NCBI GenBank assembly: GCA_040954595.2
Contig: CM082580.2
Location: forward strand, 1,292,783-1,356,782
Direction: 5' to 3'
Length of the DNA stretch: 64,000 nucleotides
From: Balanoglossus misakiensis
Taxonomy: Eukaryota > Animalia > Hemichordata
The position numbers were made by a program, and so were the translations under genes. A model generated the notes under the pieces. The model did no database searches. It had not been told where the DNA came from and was given only the letters and a program-made list of their open reading frames with translations. Of the stretch, positions 26,406 to 41,800 are shown piece after piece (position 1 is the first letter of the stretch; each line of letters begins with the position of its first letter).

Positions 26406-26412
26406 TTGCTAC
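26406..26412. repeat. Target-site duplication, right copy (TTGCTAC)
   Basis: Matches 24913-24919; present once in empty monomers (CCATGGTTGCTACCAAAC). Confidence 0.88.
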
Positions 26413-29400
26413 CAAACACAGCCTCGTTTGTTTACAAAATTCTGTTGTGATGCGCAGAACACACATATAGGCCTATGCGCATAAGAACGTTTCCACTAGA
26501 CTCTGTAGATCGACGGATAGCTGTAAAATTTCATGGTTGCTTCAAAATACAGCCTCGTTTATTTACCGATTTCTGTTGTGATGCGCATAACACATAGATA
26601 GGCATATGCGCATAAGAACGTTTTACACTAGACTCTGTAGATCGACGGATAGTTGTACAATTTCCATGGTTGCTTCCAAACAGCCTCGTTTATTTACCGA
26701 TTTCTGTTGTGAGGCGCAGAACACATGATAGGCCTATGCGCATAAGACATTTTTCCACTAGACTCTGTAGATCGACGGATAGTTCTAAAATTTCCATGGT
26801 TGCTTCCAAACAGCCTCGTTTATTTACCGAATTCTGTTGTGAGGCGCAGAGCACGTAATAGGCCTATGCGCATAAGAAAGTTTTCCACCTGACTCTGTAG
26901 ATCGACGGATAGTTGTACAATTTCCATGGTTGCTTCCAAACAGCCTCGTTTATTTACCGATTTCTGTTGTGATGCGCAGAACACATAGATAGGCATATGT
27001 GCATAATAAAGTTTTCCACTAGACTCTGTAGATCGAGAGATAGTTCTAAAATTTCCTTGGTTGCTTCCAAACACAGCCTCGTTTGTTTACAAAATTCTGT
27101 TGTGATGCGCAGAACACATATATAGGCCTATGCGCATAATAACGTTTTCCACTAGACTCTGTAGATCGACGGATAGTTGTAAAATTTCCATGGTTGCTTC
27201 CAAACAGCCTCGTTTATTTACCGAATTCTGTTGTGAGGCGCAGAACACATAGATAGGCATATGTGCATAAGAAAGTTTTCCACTATAGACTCTATAGATC
27301 GAGAGATAGTTCTAAAATGTCCATGGTTGCTTCCAAACACAGCCTCGTTTGTTTACAAAATTCTGTTGTGATGCGCAGAACACATATATAGGCCTATGCG
27401 CATCAGAACGTTTCCACTAGACTCTGTAGATCGACGGATAGCTGTAAAATTTCCATGGTTGCTTTTAAACAGCCTCGTTTATTTACCGATTTCTGTTGTG
27501 AGGCGCAGAACACATAGATAGGCATATGTGCATAAGAAAGTTTTCCACTATAGACTCTGTAGATCGAGAGATAGTTCTAAAATGTCCATGGTTGCTCCCA
27601 AACACAGCCTCGTTTGTTTACAAAATTCTGTTATGATGCGCAGAACACATATATAGGCCTATGCGCATAAGAACGTTTCCACTAGACTCTGTAGATCGAC
27701 GGATAGCTGTAAAATTTCCATGGTTGCTTTTAAACAGCCTCGTTTATTTACCGATTTCTGTTGTGAGGCGCAGAACACATAGATAGGCATATGTGCATAA
27801 GAAAGTTTTCCACTATAGACTCTGTAGATCGAGAGATAGTTCTAAAATGTCCATGGTTGCTTCCAAACACAGCCTCGTTTATTTACCGATTTCTGTTGTG
27901 ATGCGCATAACACATAGATAGGCCTATGCGCATTAGAACGTTTTCCACTAGACTCTGTAGATCGACGGATAGTTGTACAATTTCCATGGTTGCTTCCAAA
28001 CAGCATCGTTTATTTACCGAATTCTGTTGTGAGGCGCAGAACACGTAATAGGTCTATGCGCATAAGGAAGTTTTCCACCAGACTCTGTAGATCGACGGAT
28101 AGTTGTAAAATTTCATGGTTGCTTCCAAATACAGCCTCGTTTATTTACCGATTTCTGTTGTGATGCGCATAACACATAGATAGGCCTATGCGCATAAGAA
28201 CGTTTTCCACTAGACTATGTAGATCGACGGATAGTTGTACAATTTCCATGGTTGCTTCCAAACAGCCTCGTTTATTTACCGATTTCTGTTGTGAGGCGCA
28301 GAACACATGATAGGCCTATGCGCATAAGACATTTTTCCACTAGACTCTGTAGATCGACGGATAGTTCTAAAATTTCCATGGTTGCTTCCAAACAGCCTCG
28401 TTTATTTACCGAATTCTGTTGTGAGGCGCAGAGCACGCAATAGGCCTATGCGCATAAGAAAGTTTTCCACCAGACTCCGTAGATCGACGGATAGTTGTAA
28501 AAGTTCCATGGTTGTTTCCAAACACAGCCTCGTTCATTTACAAAATTCTGTTGTGATGCGCTGAACACATACATATGCCTATGCGCATAAGAAAGTTTCC
28601 CACTAGACTCTGTAGATCGACGGATAGTTCTAAAATTTCCATGATTTCTTCCAAACACATCCTCGATTGTTTACAAAATTCTGTTGTGATGCGCAGAACA
28701 CATAGATAGGCCTGTGCGCATATGAACGTTTTCCACTATACACTGTAGATCCAGAGATAGTTCTAAAACTTCCATGTTTGCTTCCAAACAGCCTCGTTTA
28801 TTTGCGGAATTCTGTTTTGAGGCGCAGAACACATAGATAGGCATATGTGAATAAGAAAGTTTTCCACTATAGACTCTGTAGATCGAGAGATAGTTCTAAA
28901 ATTTCCATGGTTGCTTTTAAACAGCCTCGTTTATTTACCGATTTCTGTTGTGAGGCGCAGAACACATAGATAGGCCTATGCGCATAAAAAACTTTTCAAC
29001 TTTAGATCAACGGATAGTTCAAAAATTTCCATGGTTGTTTCCAAACAGCCTCGTTTATTTACCGAATTCTGTTGTGATGCGTAGAACACATACATATGCC
29101 TATGCGCATAAGAAAGTTTTCCACTAGACTCCGTAGATCGACGAATAGTTCTAAAATGTCCATGGTTGCTTCCAAACAGCCTCGTTTATTGACGGAATTC
29201 TGTTTTGAGGCGCAGAACACATAGATAGGCATATGTGCATAAGAAAGTTTTCCACTATAGACTCTGTACATCGAGAGATAGTTCTAAAATTTCCATGGTT
29301 GCTTCCAAACACAGCCTCGTTTGTTTACAAAATTCTGTTGTGATGCGCAGAACACATATATAGGCCTATGCGCATAAGAACGTTTTCCACTAGACTCTGT

Positions 29401-32400
29401 AGATCGACGGATAGTTCTAAAATTTCCATGGTTGCTTCCAAACAGCCTCGTTTATTTACCGAATTCTGTTGTGAGGCACAGAACACATTGATAGGCCTAT
29501 GTGCATAAGAAAGTTTTCCACTATAGACTCTGTAGATCGAGAGATAGTTCTAAAATGTCCATGGTTGCTTCCAAACACAGCCTCGTTTGTTTACAAAATT
29601 CTGTTGTGATGCGCAGAACACATATATAGGCCTATGCGCATAATAACGTTTTCCACTAGACTCTGTAGATCGACGGATAGTTGTAAAATTTCCATGGTTG
29701 CTTCCAAACAGCCTCGTTTATTTACCGAATTCTGTTGTGAGGCGCAGAACACATAGATAGGCATATGTGCATAAGAAAGTTTTCCACTATAGACTCTGTA
29801 GATCGAGAGATAGTTCTAAAATGTCCATGGTTGCTAGCAAACACAGCCTCGTTTGTTTACAAAATTCTGTTGTGATGCGCAGAACACATATATAGGCCTA
29901 TGCGCATAAGAACGTTTCCACTAGACTCTGTAGATCGACGGATAGCTGTAAAATTTCCCTGGTTGCTTCCAAACAGCCTCGTTTATTTACCGATTTCTGT
30001 TGTGAGGCGCAGAACACATGATAGGCCTATGCGCATGAGACATTTTTCCACTAGACTCTGTAGATCGACGGATAGTTGTAAAATTTCCATGGTTGCTTCC
30101 AAACAGCCTCGTTTATTTACCGAATTCTGTTGTGAGGCGCAGAACACGTAATAGGTCTATGCGCATAAGGAAGTTTTCCACCAGACTCTGTAGATCGACG
30201 GATAGTTGTAAAATTTCATGGTTGCTTCCAAATACAGCCTCGTTTATTTACCGATTTCTGTTGTGAAGCGCATAACACATAGATAGGCCTATGCGCATAA
30301 GAACGTTTTCCACTAGACTCTTTAGATCGACGGATAGTTGTACAATTTCCATGGTTGCTTCCAAACAGCCTCGTTTATTTACCGATTTCTGTTGTGAGGC
30401 GCAGAACACATGATAGGCCTATGCGCATAAGAAAGTTTTCCACCAGACTCTGTAGATCGACGGATAGTTGTAAAATTTCCATGGTTGCTTCCAAACAGCC
30501 TCGTTTATTTACCGATTTCTGTTGTGATGCGCAGAACACATAGATAGGCATATGTGCATAATAAAGTTTTCCACTAGACTCTGTAGATCGAGAGATAGTT
30601 CTAAAATTTCCATGGTTGCTTCCAAACACAGCCTCGTTTGTTTACAAAATTCTGTTGTGATGCGCAGAACACATATATAGGCCTATGCGCATAATAACGT
30701 TTTCCACTAGACTCTGTAGATCGACGGATAGTTGTAAAATTTCCATGGTTGCTTCCAAACAGCCTCGTTTATTTACCGAATTCTGTTGTGAGGCGCAGAA
30801 CACATAGATAGGCATATGTGCATAAGAAAGTTTTCCACTATAGACTCTGTAGATCGAGAGATAGTTCTAAAATGTCCATGGTTGCTTCCAAACACAGCCT
30901 CGTTTGTTTACAAAATTCTGTTGTGATGCGCAGAACACATATATAGGCCTATGCGCATAATAACGTTTTCCACTAGACTCTGTAGATCGACGGATAGCTG
31001 TAAAATTTCCATGGTTGCTTCCAAACAGCCTCGTTTATTTACCGAATTCTGTTGTGAGGCGCAGAACACATAGATAGGCATATGTGCATAAGAAAGTTTT
31101 CCACTACAGACTCTGTAGATCGAGAGATAGTTCTAAAATGTCCATGGTTGCTTCCAAACACAGCCTCGTTTATTTACCGATTTCTGTTGTGATGCGCATA
31201 ACACATAGATAGGCCTATGCGCATAAGAACGTTTTCCACTAGACTCTGTAGATCGACGGATAGCTGTAAAATTTCCATGGTTGCTTCCAAACAGCCTCGT
31301 TTATTTACCGATTTCTGTTGTGAGGCGCAGAACACATGATAGGCCTATGCGCATAAGAAAGTTTTCCACCAGACTCTGTAGATCGACGGATAGTTGTAAA
31401 ATTTCCATGGTTGCTTCCAAACAGCCTCGTTTATTTACCGATTTCTGTTGTGATGCGCAGAACACATAGATAGGCATATGTGCATAATAAAGTTTTCCAC
31501 TAGACTCTGTAGATCGAGAGATAGTTCTAAAATTTCCATGGTTGCTTCCAAACACAGCCTCGTTTGTTTACAAAATTCTGTTGTGATGCGCAGAACACAT
31601 ATATAGGCCTATGCGCATAATAACGTTTTCCACTAGACTCTGTAGATCGACGGATAGTTGTAAAATTTCCATGGTTGCTTCCAAACAGCCTCGTTTATTT
31701 ACCGAATTCTGTTGTGAGGCGCAGAACACATAGATAGGCATATGTGCATAAGAAAGTTTTCCACTATAGACTCTGTAGATCGAGAGATAGTTCTAAAATG
31801 TCCATGGTTGCTACCAAACACAGCCTCGTTTGTTTACAAAATTCTGTTGTGATGCGCAGAACACATATATAGGCCTATGCGCATAAGAACGTTTCCACTA
31901 GACTCTGTAGATCGACGGATAGCTGTAAAATTTCCATGGTTGCTTCCAAACAGCCTCGTTTATTTACCGATTTCTGTTGTGAGGCGCAGAACACATGATA
32001 GGCCTATGCGCATGAGACATTTTTCCACTAGACTCTGTAGATCGACGGATAGCTGTAAAATTTCCATGGTTGCTTCCAAACAGCCTCGTTTATTTACCGA
32101 TTTCTGTTGTGAGGCGCAGAACACATGATAGGCCTATGCGCATGAGACATTTTTCCACTAGACTCTGTAGATCGACGGATAGTTGTAAAATTTCATGGTT
32201 GCTTCCAAATACAGCCTCGTTTATTTACCGATTTCTGTTGTGATGCGCATAACACATTGATAGGCCTATGCGCATAAGAACGTTTCCACTAGACTTTGTA
32301 GATCGACGGATAGTTCTACAATGTCCATGGTTGCTTCCAAACAGCCTCGTTTATTTACCGATTTCTGTTGTGATGCGCATAACACATAGATAGGCCTATG

Positions 32401-35400
32401 CGCATAAGAACGTTTTCCACTAGACTCTTTAGATCGACGGATAGTTGTACAATTTCCATGGTTGCTTCCAAACAGCCTCGTTTATTTACCGATTTCTGTT
32501 GTGAGGCGCAGAACACATGATAGGCCTATGCGCATAAGACATTTTTCCACTAGACTCTGTAGATCGACGGATAGTTCTAAAATTTCCATGGTTGCTTCCA
32601 AACAGCCTCGTTTATTTACCGAATTCTGTTGTGAGGCGCAGAGCACGTAATAGGCCTATGCGCATAAGAAAGTTTTCCACCAGACTCTGTAGATCGACGG
32701 ATAGTTGTAAAATTTCCATGGTTGCTTCCAAACAGCCTCGTTTATTTACCGATTTCTGTTGTGATGCGCAGAACACATATATAGGCATATGTGCATAATA
32801 AAGTTTTCCACTAGACTCTGTAGATCGAGAGATAGTTCTAAAATTTCCATGGTTGCTTCCAAACACAGCCTCGTTTGTTTACAAAATTCTGTTGTGATGC
32901 GCAGAACACATATATAGGCCTATGCGCATAATAACGTTATCCACTAGACTCTGTAGATCGACGGATAGTTGTAAAATTTCCATGGTTGCTTCCAAACAGC
33001 CTCGTTTATTTACCGAATTCTGTTGTGAGGCGCAGAACACATAGATAGGCATATGTGCATAAGAAAGTTTTCCACTATAGACTCTGTAGATCGAGAGATA
33101 GTTCTAAAATGTCCATGGTTGCTTCCAAACACAGCCTCGTTTGTTTACAAAATTCTGTTGTGATGCGCAGAACACATATATAGGCCTATGCGCATAATAA
33201 CGTTTTCCACTAGACTCTGTAGATCGACGGATAGCTGTAAAATTTCCATGGTTGCTTCCAAACAGCCTCGTTTATTTACCGAATTCTGTTGTGAGGCGCA
33301 GAACACATAGATAGGCATATGTGCATAAGAAAGTTTTCCACTACAGACTCTGTAGATCGAGAGATAGTTCTAAAATGTCCATGGTTGCTTCCAAACACAG
33401 CCTCGTTTATTTACCGATTTCTGTTGTGATGCGCATAACACATAGATAGGCCTATGCGCATAAGAACGTTTTCCACTAGACTCTGTAGATCGACGGATAG
33501 CTGTAAAATTTCCATGGTTGCTTCCAAACAGCCTCGTTTATTTACCGATTTCTGTTGTGAGGCGCAGAACACATGATAGGCCTATGCGCATGAGACATTT
33601 TTCCACTAGACTCTGTAGATCGACGGATAGTTGTAAAATTTCATGGTTGCTTCCAAATACAGCCTCGTTTATTTACCGATTTCTGTTGTGATGCGCATAA
33701 CACATTGATAGGCCTATGCGCATAAGAACGTTTCCACTAGACTTTGTAGATCGACGGATAGTTGTACAATGTCCATGGTTGCTTCCAAACAGCCTCGTTT
33801 ATTTACCGAATTCTGTTGTGAGGCGCAGAGCACGTAATAGGCCTATGCGCATAAGAAAGTTTTCTACCAGACTCTGTAGATCGACGGATAGTTGTAAAAT
33901 TTCCATGGTTGCTTCCAAACAGCCTCGTTTATTTACCGATTTCTGTTGTGATGCGCAGAACATATAGATAGGCATATGTGCATAATAAAGTTTTCCACTA
34001 GACTCTGTAGATCGAGAGATAGTTCTAAAATTTCCATGGTTGCTTCCAAACACAGCCTCGTTTGTTTACAAAATTCTGTTGTGATGCGCAGAACACATAT
34101 ATAGGCCTATGCGCATAATAACGTTTTCCACTAGACTCTGTAGATCGACGGATAGTTGTAAATTTTCCATGGTTGCTTCCAAATAGCCTCGTTTATTTAC
34201 CGAATTCTGTTGTGAGGCGCAGAACACATAGATAGGCATATGTGCATAATAAAGTTTTCCACTATAGACTCTGTAGATCGAGAGATAGTTCTAAAATGTC
34301 CATGGTTGCTTCCAAACACAGCCTCGTTTGTTTACAAAATTCTGTTGTGATGCGCAGAACACATATATAGGCCTATGCGCATAAGAACGTTTCCACTAGA
34401 CTCTGTAGATCGACGGATAGCTGTAAAATTTCCATGGTTGCTTCCAAACAGCCTCGTTTATTTACCGAATTCTGTTGTGAGGCGCAGAACACATACATAT
34501 GCCTATGCGCATAAGAAAGTTTCCACTAGACTCTGTAGATCGACGGATAGTTCTAAAATTTCCATGGTTGCTTCCAAACACAGCCTCGTTTATTTACCGA
34601 TTTCTGTTGTGATGCGCATAACACATAGATAGGCCTATGCGCATAAGAACGTTTTCCACTAGACTCTGTAGATCGACGGATAGTTGTACAATTTCCATGG
34701 TTGCTTCCAAACAGCATCGTTTATTTACCGAATTCTGTTGTGAGGCGCAGAACACGTAATAGGTCTATGCGCATAAGGAAGTTTTCCACCAGACTCTGTA
34801 GATCGACGGATAGTTGTAAAATTTCATGGTTGCTTCCAAATACAGCCTCGTTTATTTACCGATTTCTGTTGTGATGCGCATAACACATAGATAGGCCTAT
34901 GCGCATAAGAACGTTTTCCACTAGACTCTGTAGATCGACAGATAGTTGTACAATTTCCATGGTTGCTTCCAAACAGCCTCGTTTATTTACCGATTTCTGT
35001 TGTGAGGCGCAGAACACATGATAGGCCTATGCGCATAAGACATTTTTCCACTAGACTCTGTAGATCGACGGATAGTTCTAAAATTTCCATGGTTGCTTCC
35101 AAACAGCCTCGTTTATTTACCGAATTCTGTTGTGAGGCGCAGAGCACGTAATAGGCCTATGCGCATAAGAAAGTTTTCCACCAGACTCCGTAGATCGACG
35201 GATAGTTGTAAAATTTCCATGGTTGTTTCCAAACACAGCCTCGTTCATTTACAAAATTCTGTTGTGATGCGCTGAACACATACATATGCCTATGCGCATA
35301 AGAAAGTTTCCACTAGACTCTGTAGATCGACGGATAGTTCTAAAATTTCCATGATTGCTTCCAAACACATCCTCGATTGTTTACAAAATTCTGTTGTGAT

Positions 35401-35829
35401 GCGCAGAACACATAGATAGGCCTATGCGCATATGAACGTTTTCCACTATACACTGTAGATCGAGAGATAGTTCTAAAACTTCCATGTTTGCTTCCAAACA
35501 GCCTCGTTTATTTGCGGAATTCTGTTTTGAGGCGCAGAACACATAGATAGGCATATGTGAATAAGAAAGTTTTCCACTATAGACTCTGTAGATCGAGAGA
35601 TAGTTGTAAAATTTCCATGGTTGCTTCCAAACAGCCTCGTTTATTTACCGATTTCTGTTGTGAGGCGCAGAACACATAGATAGGCCTATGCGCATAAAAA
35701 ACTTTTCAACTTTAGATCAACGGATAGTTCAAAAATTTCCATGGTTGTTTCCAAACAGCCTCGTTTATTTACCGAATTCTGTTGTGATGCGTAGAACACA
35801 TACATATGCCTATGCGCATAAGAAAGTTT

Positions 35830-38800
35830 TCCACCAGACTCTGTAGATCGACGGATAGTTGTAAAATTTCCATGGTTGCTTCCAAACAGCCTCGTTTATT
35901 TACCGAATTCTGTTGTTAGGCGCAGAACACGTTATAGGCCTATGCGCATAAGAAAGTTTTCCACCAGACTCTGTAGATGGACTGATAGTTGTAAAATTTC
36001 CATGGTTGCTTCCAAACAGCCTCGTTTATTTACTGATTTCTGTTGTGAGGCGCAGAACACATGATAGGCCAATGCGCATAAGACATTTTTCCACTAGACT
36101 CTGTAGATCGACGGATAGTTGTAAAATTTCCATGGTTGCTTCCAAACAACCTCGTTTGTTTACGAATTCTGTTGTGATGCGCAGAACACATATATAGGGC
36201 TATGCGCATAAGAAAGTTTTCCACCAGACTCCGTAGATCGACGGATAGTTGTAAAATTTCCATGGTTGCTTCCAAACAGCCTCGTTTATTTACCGAATTC
36301 TGTTGTGAGGCGCAGAACACATAGATAGGCATATGTGCATAAGAAAGTTTTCCACTATAGACTCTGTAGATCGAGAGATAGTTCTAAAATGTCCATGGTT
36401 GCTACCAAACACAGCCTCGTTTGTTTACAAAATTCTGTTGTGATGCGCAGAACACATAGATAGGCCTATGCGCATATGAACGTTTTCCACCATACACTGT
36501 AGATCGAGAGATAGTTCTAAAACTTCCATGTTTGCTTCCAAACAGCCTCGTTTATTTGCGGAATTCTGTTTTGAGGCGCAGAACACATAGATAGGCATAT
36601 GTGAATAAGAAAGTTTTCCACTATAGACTCTGTAGATCGAGAGATAGTTGTAAAATTTCCATGGTTGCTTCCAAACAGCCTCGTTTATTTACCGATTTCT
36701 GTTGTGAGGCGCAGAACACATAGATAGGCCTATGCGCATAAAAAACTTTTCAACTTTAGATCAACGGATAGTTCTAAAATTTCCATCGTTGTTTCCAAAC
36801 AGCCTCGTTTATTTACTGATTTCTGTTGTGAGGCGCAGAACACATGATAGGCCAATGCGCATAAGACATTTTTCCACTAGACTCTGTAGATCGACGGATA
36901 GTTGTAAAATTTCCATGGTTGCTTCCAAACAACCTCGTTTGTTTACGAATTCTGTTGTGATGCGCAGAACACATATATAGGCCTATGCGCATAAGAACGT
37001 TTTCCACTAGACTCTGTAGATCGAGAGATAGTTCTAAAATTTCCATGGTTGCTTCCAAACAGCCTCGTTTATTTACCGAATTCTGTTGTGAGACGCAGAA
37101 CACGTAATAGGCCTATGCGCATAAGAAAGTTTTCCACCAGACTCCGTAGATCGACGGATAGTTGTAAAATTTCCATGGTTGCTTCCAAACAGCCTCGTTT
37201 ATTTACGGAATTCTGTTGTGAGGCGCAGAACACGTAATAGGCCTATGCGCATTAGAAAGTTTTCCACAGGACTCTGTAGATCGACGGATAGTTGTAAAAT
37301 GTCCATGGTTGCTTCCAAATACAGCCTCGTTTATTTACCGATTTCTGTTGTGATGCGCATAACATATATATAGGCCTATGCGCAAAAGAACGTTTTCCAC
37401 TAGACTCTGTAGATCGACGGATAGCTGTAAAATTTCCATGTTTGCTTGCAAACAGCCTTGTTTATTTACGGAATTCTGTTTTGAGGCGCAGAACACATGA
37501 TAGGCCTATGCGCATACGACATTTTTCCACTAGACTCTGTAGATCGACGGATAGTTGTAAAATTTCCATGGTTGCTTCCAAACAACCTCGTTTGTTTACC
37601 GAATTCTGTTGTGATGCGCAGAACACATATATAGGCCTATGCGCATAAGAACGTTTTCCACTAGACTCTGTAGATCGACGGATAGTTGTAAAATGTTCAT
37701 GGTTGCTTCCAAATACAGCCTCGTTTATTTACCGATTTCTGTTGTGATGCGCATAACACATAGATAGGCCTATGCGCATTATAACGTTTTCCACTAGACT
37801 CTGTAGATCGACGGATAGTTGTAAAATTTCCATGGTTGCTTCCAAACAGCCTCGTTTATTTACCGAATTCTGTTGTTAGGCGCAGAACACGTTATAGGCC
37901 TATGCGCATAAGAAAGTTTTCCACCAGACTCTGTAGATCGACGGATTTTTGTAAAATTTCCATGGTTGCTTCCAAACAGCCTCGTTTATTTACCGAATTC
38001 TGTTGTTAGGCGCAGAACACGTTATAGGCCTATGCGCATAAGAAAGTTTTCCACCAGACTCTGTAGATGGACTGATAGTTGTAAAATTTCCATGGTTGCT
38101 TCCAAACAGCCTCGTTTATTTACTGATTTCTGTTGTGAGGCGCAGAACACATGATAGGCCAATGCGCATAAGACATTTTTCCACTAGACTCTGTAGATCG
38201 ACGGATAGTTGTAAAATTCCCATGGTTGCTTCCAAACAACCTCGTTTGTTTACGAATTCTGTTGTGATGCGCAGAACACATATATAGGGCTATGCGCATA
38301 AGAAAGTTTCCCACCAGACTCCGTAGATCGACGGATAGTTGTAAAATTTCCATGGTTGCTTCCAAACAGCCTCGTTTATTTACCGAATTCTGTTGTGAGG
38401 CGCAGAACACATAGATAGGCATATGTGCATAAGAAAGTTTTCCACTATAGACTCTGTAGATCGAGAGATAGTTCTAAAATGTCCATGGTTGCTACCAAAC
38501 ACAGCCTCGTTTGTTTACAAAATTCTGTTGTGATGAGCAGAACACATAGATAGGCCTATGCGCATATGAACGTTTTCCACCATACACTGTAGATCGAGAG
38601 ATAGTTCTAAAACTTCCATGTTTGCTTCCAAACAGCCTCGTTTATTTGCGGAATTCTGTTTTGAGGCGCAGAACACATAGATAGGCATATGTGAATAAGA
38701 AAGTTTTCCACTATAGACTCTGTAGATCGAGAGATAGTTGTAAAATTTCCATGGTTGCTTCCAAACAGCCTCGTTTATTTACCGATTTCTGTTGTGAGGC

Positions 38801-41800
38801 GCAGAACACATAGGTAGGCCTATGCGCATAAAAAACTTTTCAACTTTAGATCAACGGATAGTTCTAAAATTTCCATGGTTGTTTCCAAACAGCCTCGTTT
38901 ATTTACCGAATTCTGTTGTGATGCGTAGAACACATACATATGCCTATGCGCATAAGAAAGTTTTCCACTAGACTCCGTAGATCGACGAATAGTTCTAAAA
39001 TGTCCATGGTTGCTTCCAAACAAAGCCTGGTTTGTTTACAAAATTCTGTTGTGATGCGCAGAACACATAGATAGGCCTATGCGCATATGAACGTTTTCCA
39101 CTATACTCTGTAGATCGAGAGATAGTTCTAAAATTTCCATGTTTGCTTCCAAACAGCCTCGTTTATTTACGGAATTCTGTTTTGAGGCGCAGAACACATA
39201 GATAGGCATATGTGCATAAGAAAGTTTTCCACTATAGACTCTGTAGATCGAGAGATAGTTCTAAAATGTCCATGGTTGCTTCCAAACACAGCCTCGTTTG
39301 TTTACAAAATTCTGTTGTGATGCGCAGAACACATATATAGGCCTATGCGCATAATAACGTTTTCCACTAGACTCTGTAGATCGACGGATAGTTGTAAAAT
39401 TTCCATGGTTGCTTCCAAACAGCCTCGTTTATTTACCGAATTCTGTTGTAAGGCACAGAACACATAGATAGGCCTATGTGCATAAGAAAGTTTTCCACTA
39501 TAGACTCTGTAGATCGAGAGATAGTTCTAAAATGTCCATGGTTGCTTCCAAACACAGCCTCGTTTGTTTACAAAATTCTGTTGTGATGCGCAGAACACAT
39601 ATATAGGCCTATGCGCATAATAACGTTTTCCACTAGACTCTGTAGATCGACGGATAGTTGTAAAATTTCCATGGTTGCTTCCAAACAGCCTCGTTTATTT
39701 ACCGAATTCTGTTGTGAGGCGCAGAACACATAGATAGGCATATGTGCATAAGAAAGTTTTCCACTATAGACTCTGTAGATCGAGAGATAGTTCTAAAATG
39801 TCCATGGTTGCTACCAAACACAGCCTCGTTTGTTTACAAAATTCTGTTGTGATGCGCAGAACACATATATAGGCCTATGCGCATAAGAACGTTTCCACTA
39901 GACTCTGTAGATCGACGGATAGTTGTAAAATTTCCATGGTTGCTTCCAAACAGCCTCGTTTATTTACTGATTTCTGTTGTGAGGCGCAGAACACATGATA
40001 GGCCAATGCGCATAAGACATTTTTCCACTAGACTCTGTAGATCGACGGATAGTTGTAAAATTTCCATGGTTGCTTCCAAACAACCTCGTTTGTTTACGAA
40101 TTCTGTTGTGATGCGCAGAACACATATATAGGCCTATGCGCATAAGAACGTTTTCCACTAGACTCTGTAGATCGAGAGATAGTTCTAAAATTTCCATGGT
40201 TGCTTCCAAACAGCCTCGTTTATTTACCGAATTCTGTTGTGAGACGCAGAACACGTAATAGGCCTATGCGCATAAGAAAGTTTTCCACCAGACTCCGTAG
40301 ATCGACGGATAGTTGTAAAATTTCCATGGTTGCTTCCAAACAGCCTCGTTTATTTACCGAATTCTGTTGTGAGGCGCAGAACACATAGATAGGCCTATGT
40401 GCATAAGAAAGTTTTCCACTATAGACTCTGTAGATCGAGAGATAGTTCTAAAATGTCCATGGTTGCTACCAAACACAGCCTCGTTTGTTTACAAAATTCT
40501 GTTGTGATGCGCAGAACACATAGATAGGCCTATGCGCATATGAACGTTTTCCACTATACACTGTAGATCGAGAGATAGTTCTAAAACTTCCATGTTTGCT
40601 TCCAAACAGCCTCGTTTATTTGCGGAATTCTGTTTTGAGGCGCAGAACACATAGATAGGCATATGTGAATAAGAAAGTTTTCCACTATAGACTCTGTAGA
40701 TCGAGAGATAGTTGTAAAATTTCCATGGTTGCTTCCAAACAGCCTCGTTTATTTACCGATTTCTGTTGTGAGGCGCAGAACACATAGATAGGCCTATGCG
40801 CATAAAAAACTTTTCAACTTTAGATCAACGGATAGTTCTAAAATTTCCATGGTTGCTTCCAAACACAGCCTCGTTTGTTTACAAAATTCTGTTGTGATGC
40901 GCAGAACACATATATAGGCCTATGCGCATAAGAACGTTTTCCACTAGACTCTGTATATCCACGGATAGCTGTAAAATTGCCATGTTTGCTTCCAAACAGC
41001 CTCGTTTATTTACGGAATTCTGTTTTTAGGCGCAGAACACATAGATAGGCATATGTGCATAAGAAAGTTTTCCACTATAGACTCTGTAGATCGAGAGATA
41101 GTTCTAAAATGTCCATGGTTGCTTCCAAACACAGCCTCGTTTGTTTACAAAATTCTGTTGTGATGCGCAGAACACATATATAGGCCTATGCGCAAAAGAA
41201 CGTTTTCCACTAGACTCTGTAGATCGACGGATAGCTGTAAAATTTCCATGGTTGCTTCCAAACTGCCTCGTTTATTTACCGATTTCTGTTGTGAGGCGCA
41301 GAACACATGATAGGCCTATGCGCATAAGACATTTTTCCACTAGACTCTGTAGATCGACGGATAGTTCTAAAATTTCCATGGTTGCTTCCAAACAGCCTCG
41401 TTTATTTACGGAATTCTGTTGTGAGGCGCAGAACACGTAATAGGCCTATGCGCATTAGAAAGTTTTCCACAAGACTCTGTAGATCGACGGATAGTTGTAA
41501 AATGTCCATGGTTGCTTCCAAATACAGCCTCGTTTATTTACCGATTTCTGTTGTGATGCGCATAACACATATATAGGCCTATGCGCAAAAGAACGTTTTC
41601 CACTAGACTCTGTAGATCGACGGATAGCTGTAAAATTTCCATGTTTGCTTGCAAACAGCCTCGTTTATTTACGGAATTCTGTTTTGAGGCGCAGAACACA
41701 TGATAGGCCTATGCGCATACGACATTTTTCCACTAGACTCTGTAGATCGACGGATAGTTGTAAAATTTCCATGGTTGCTTCCAAACAGCCTCGTTTATTT

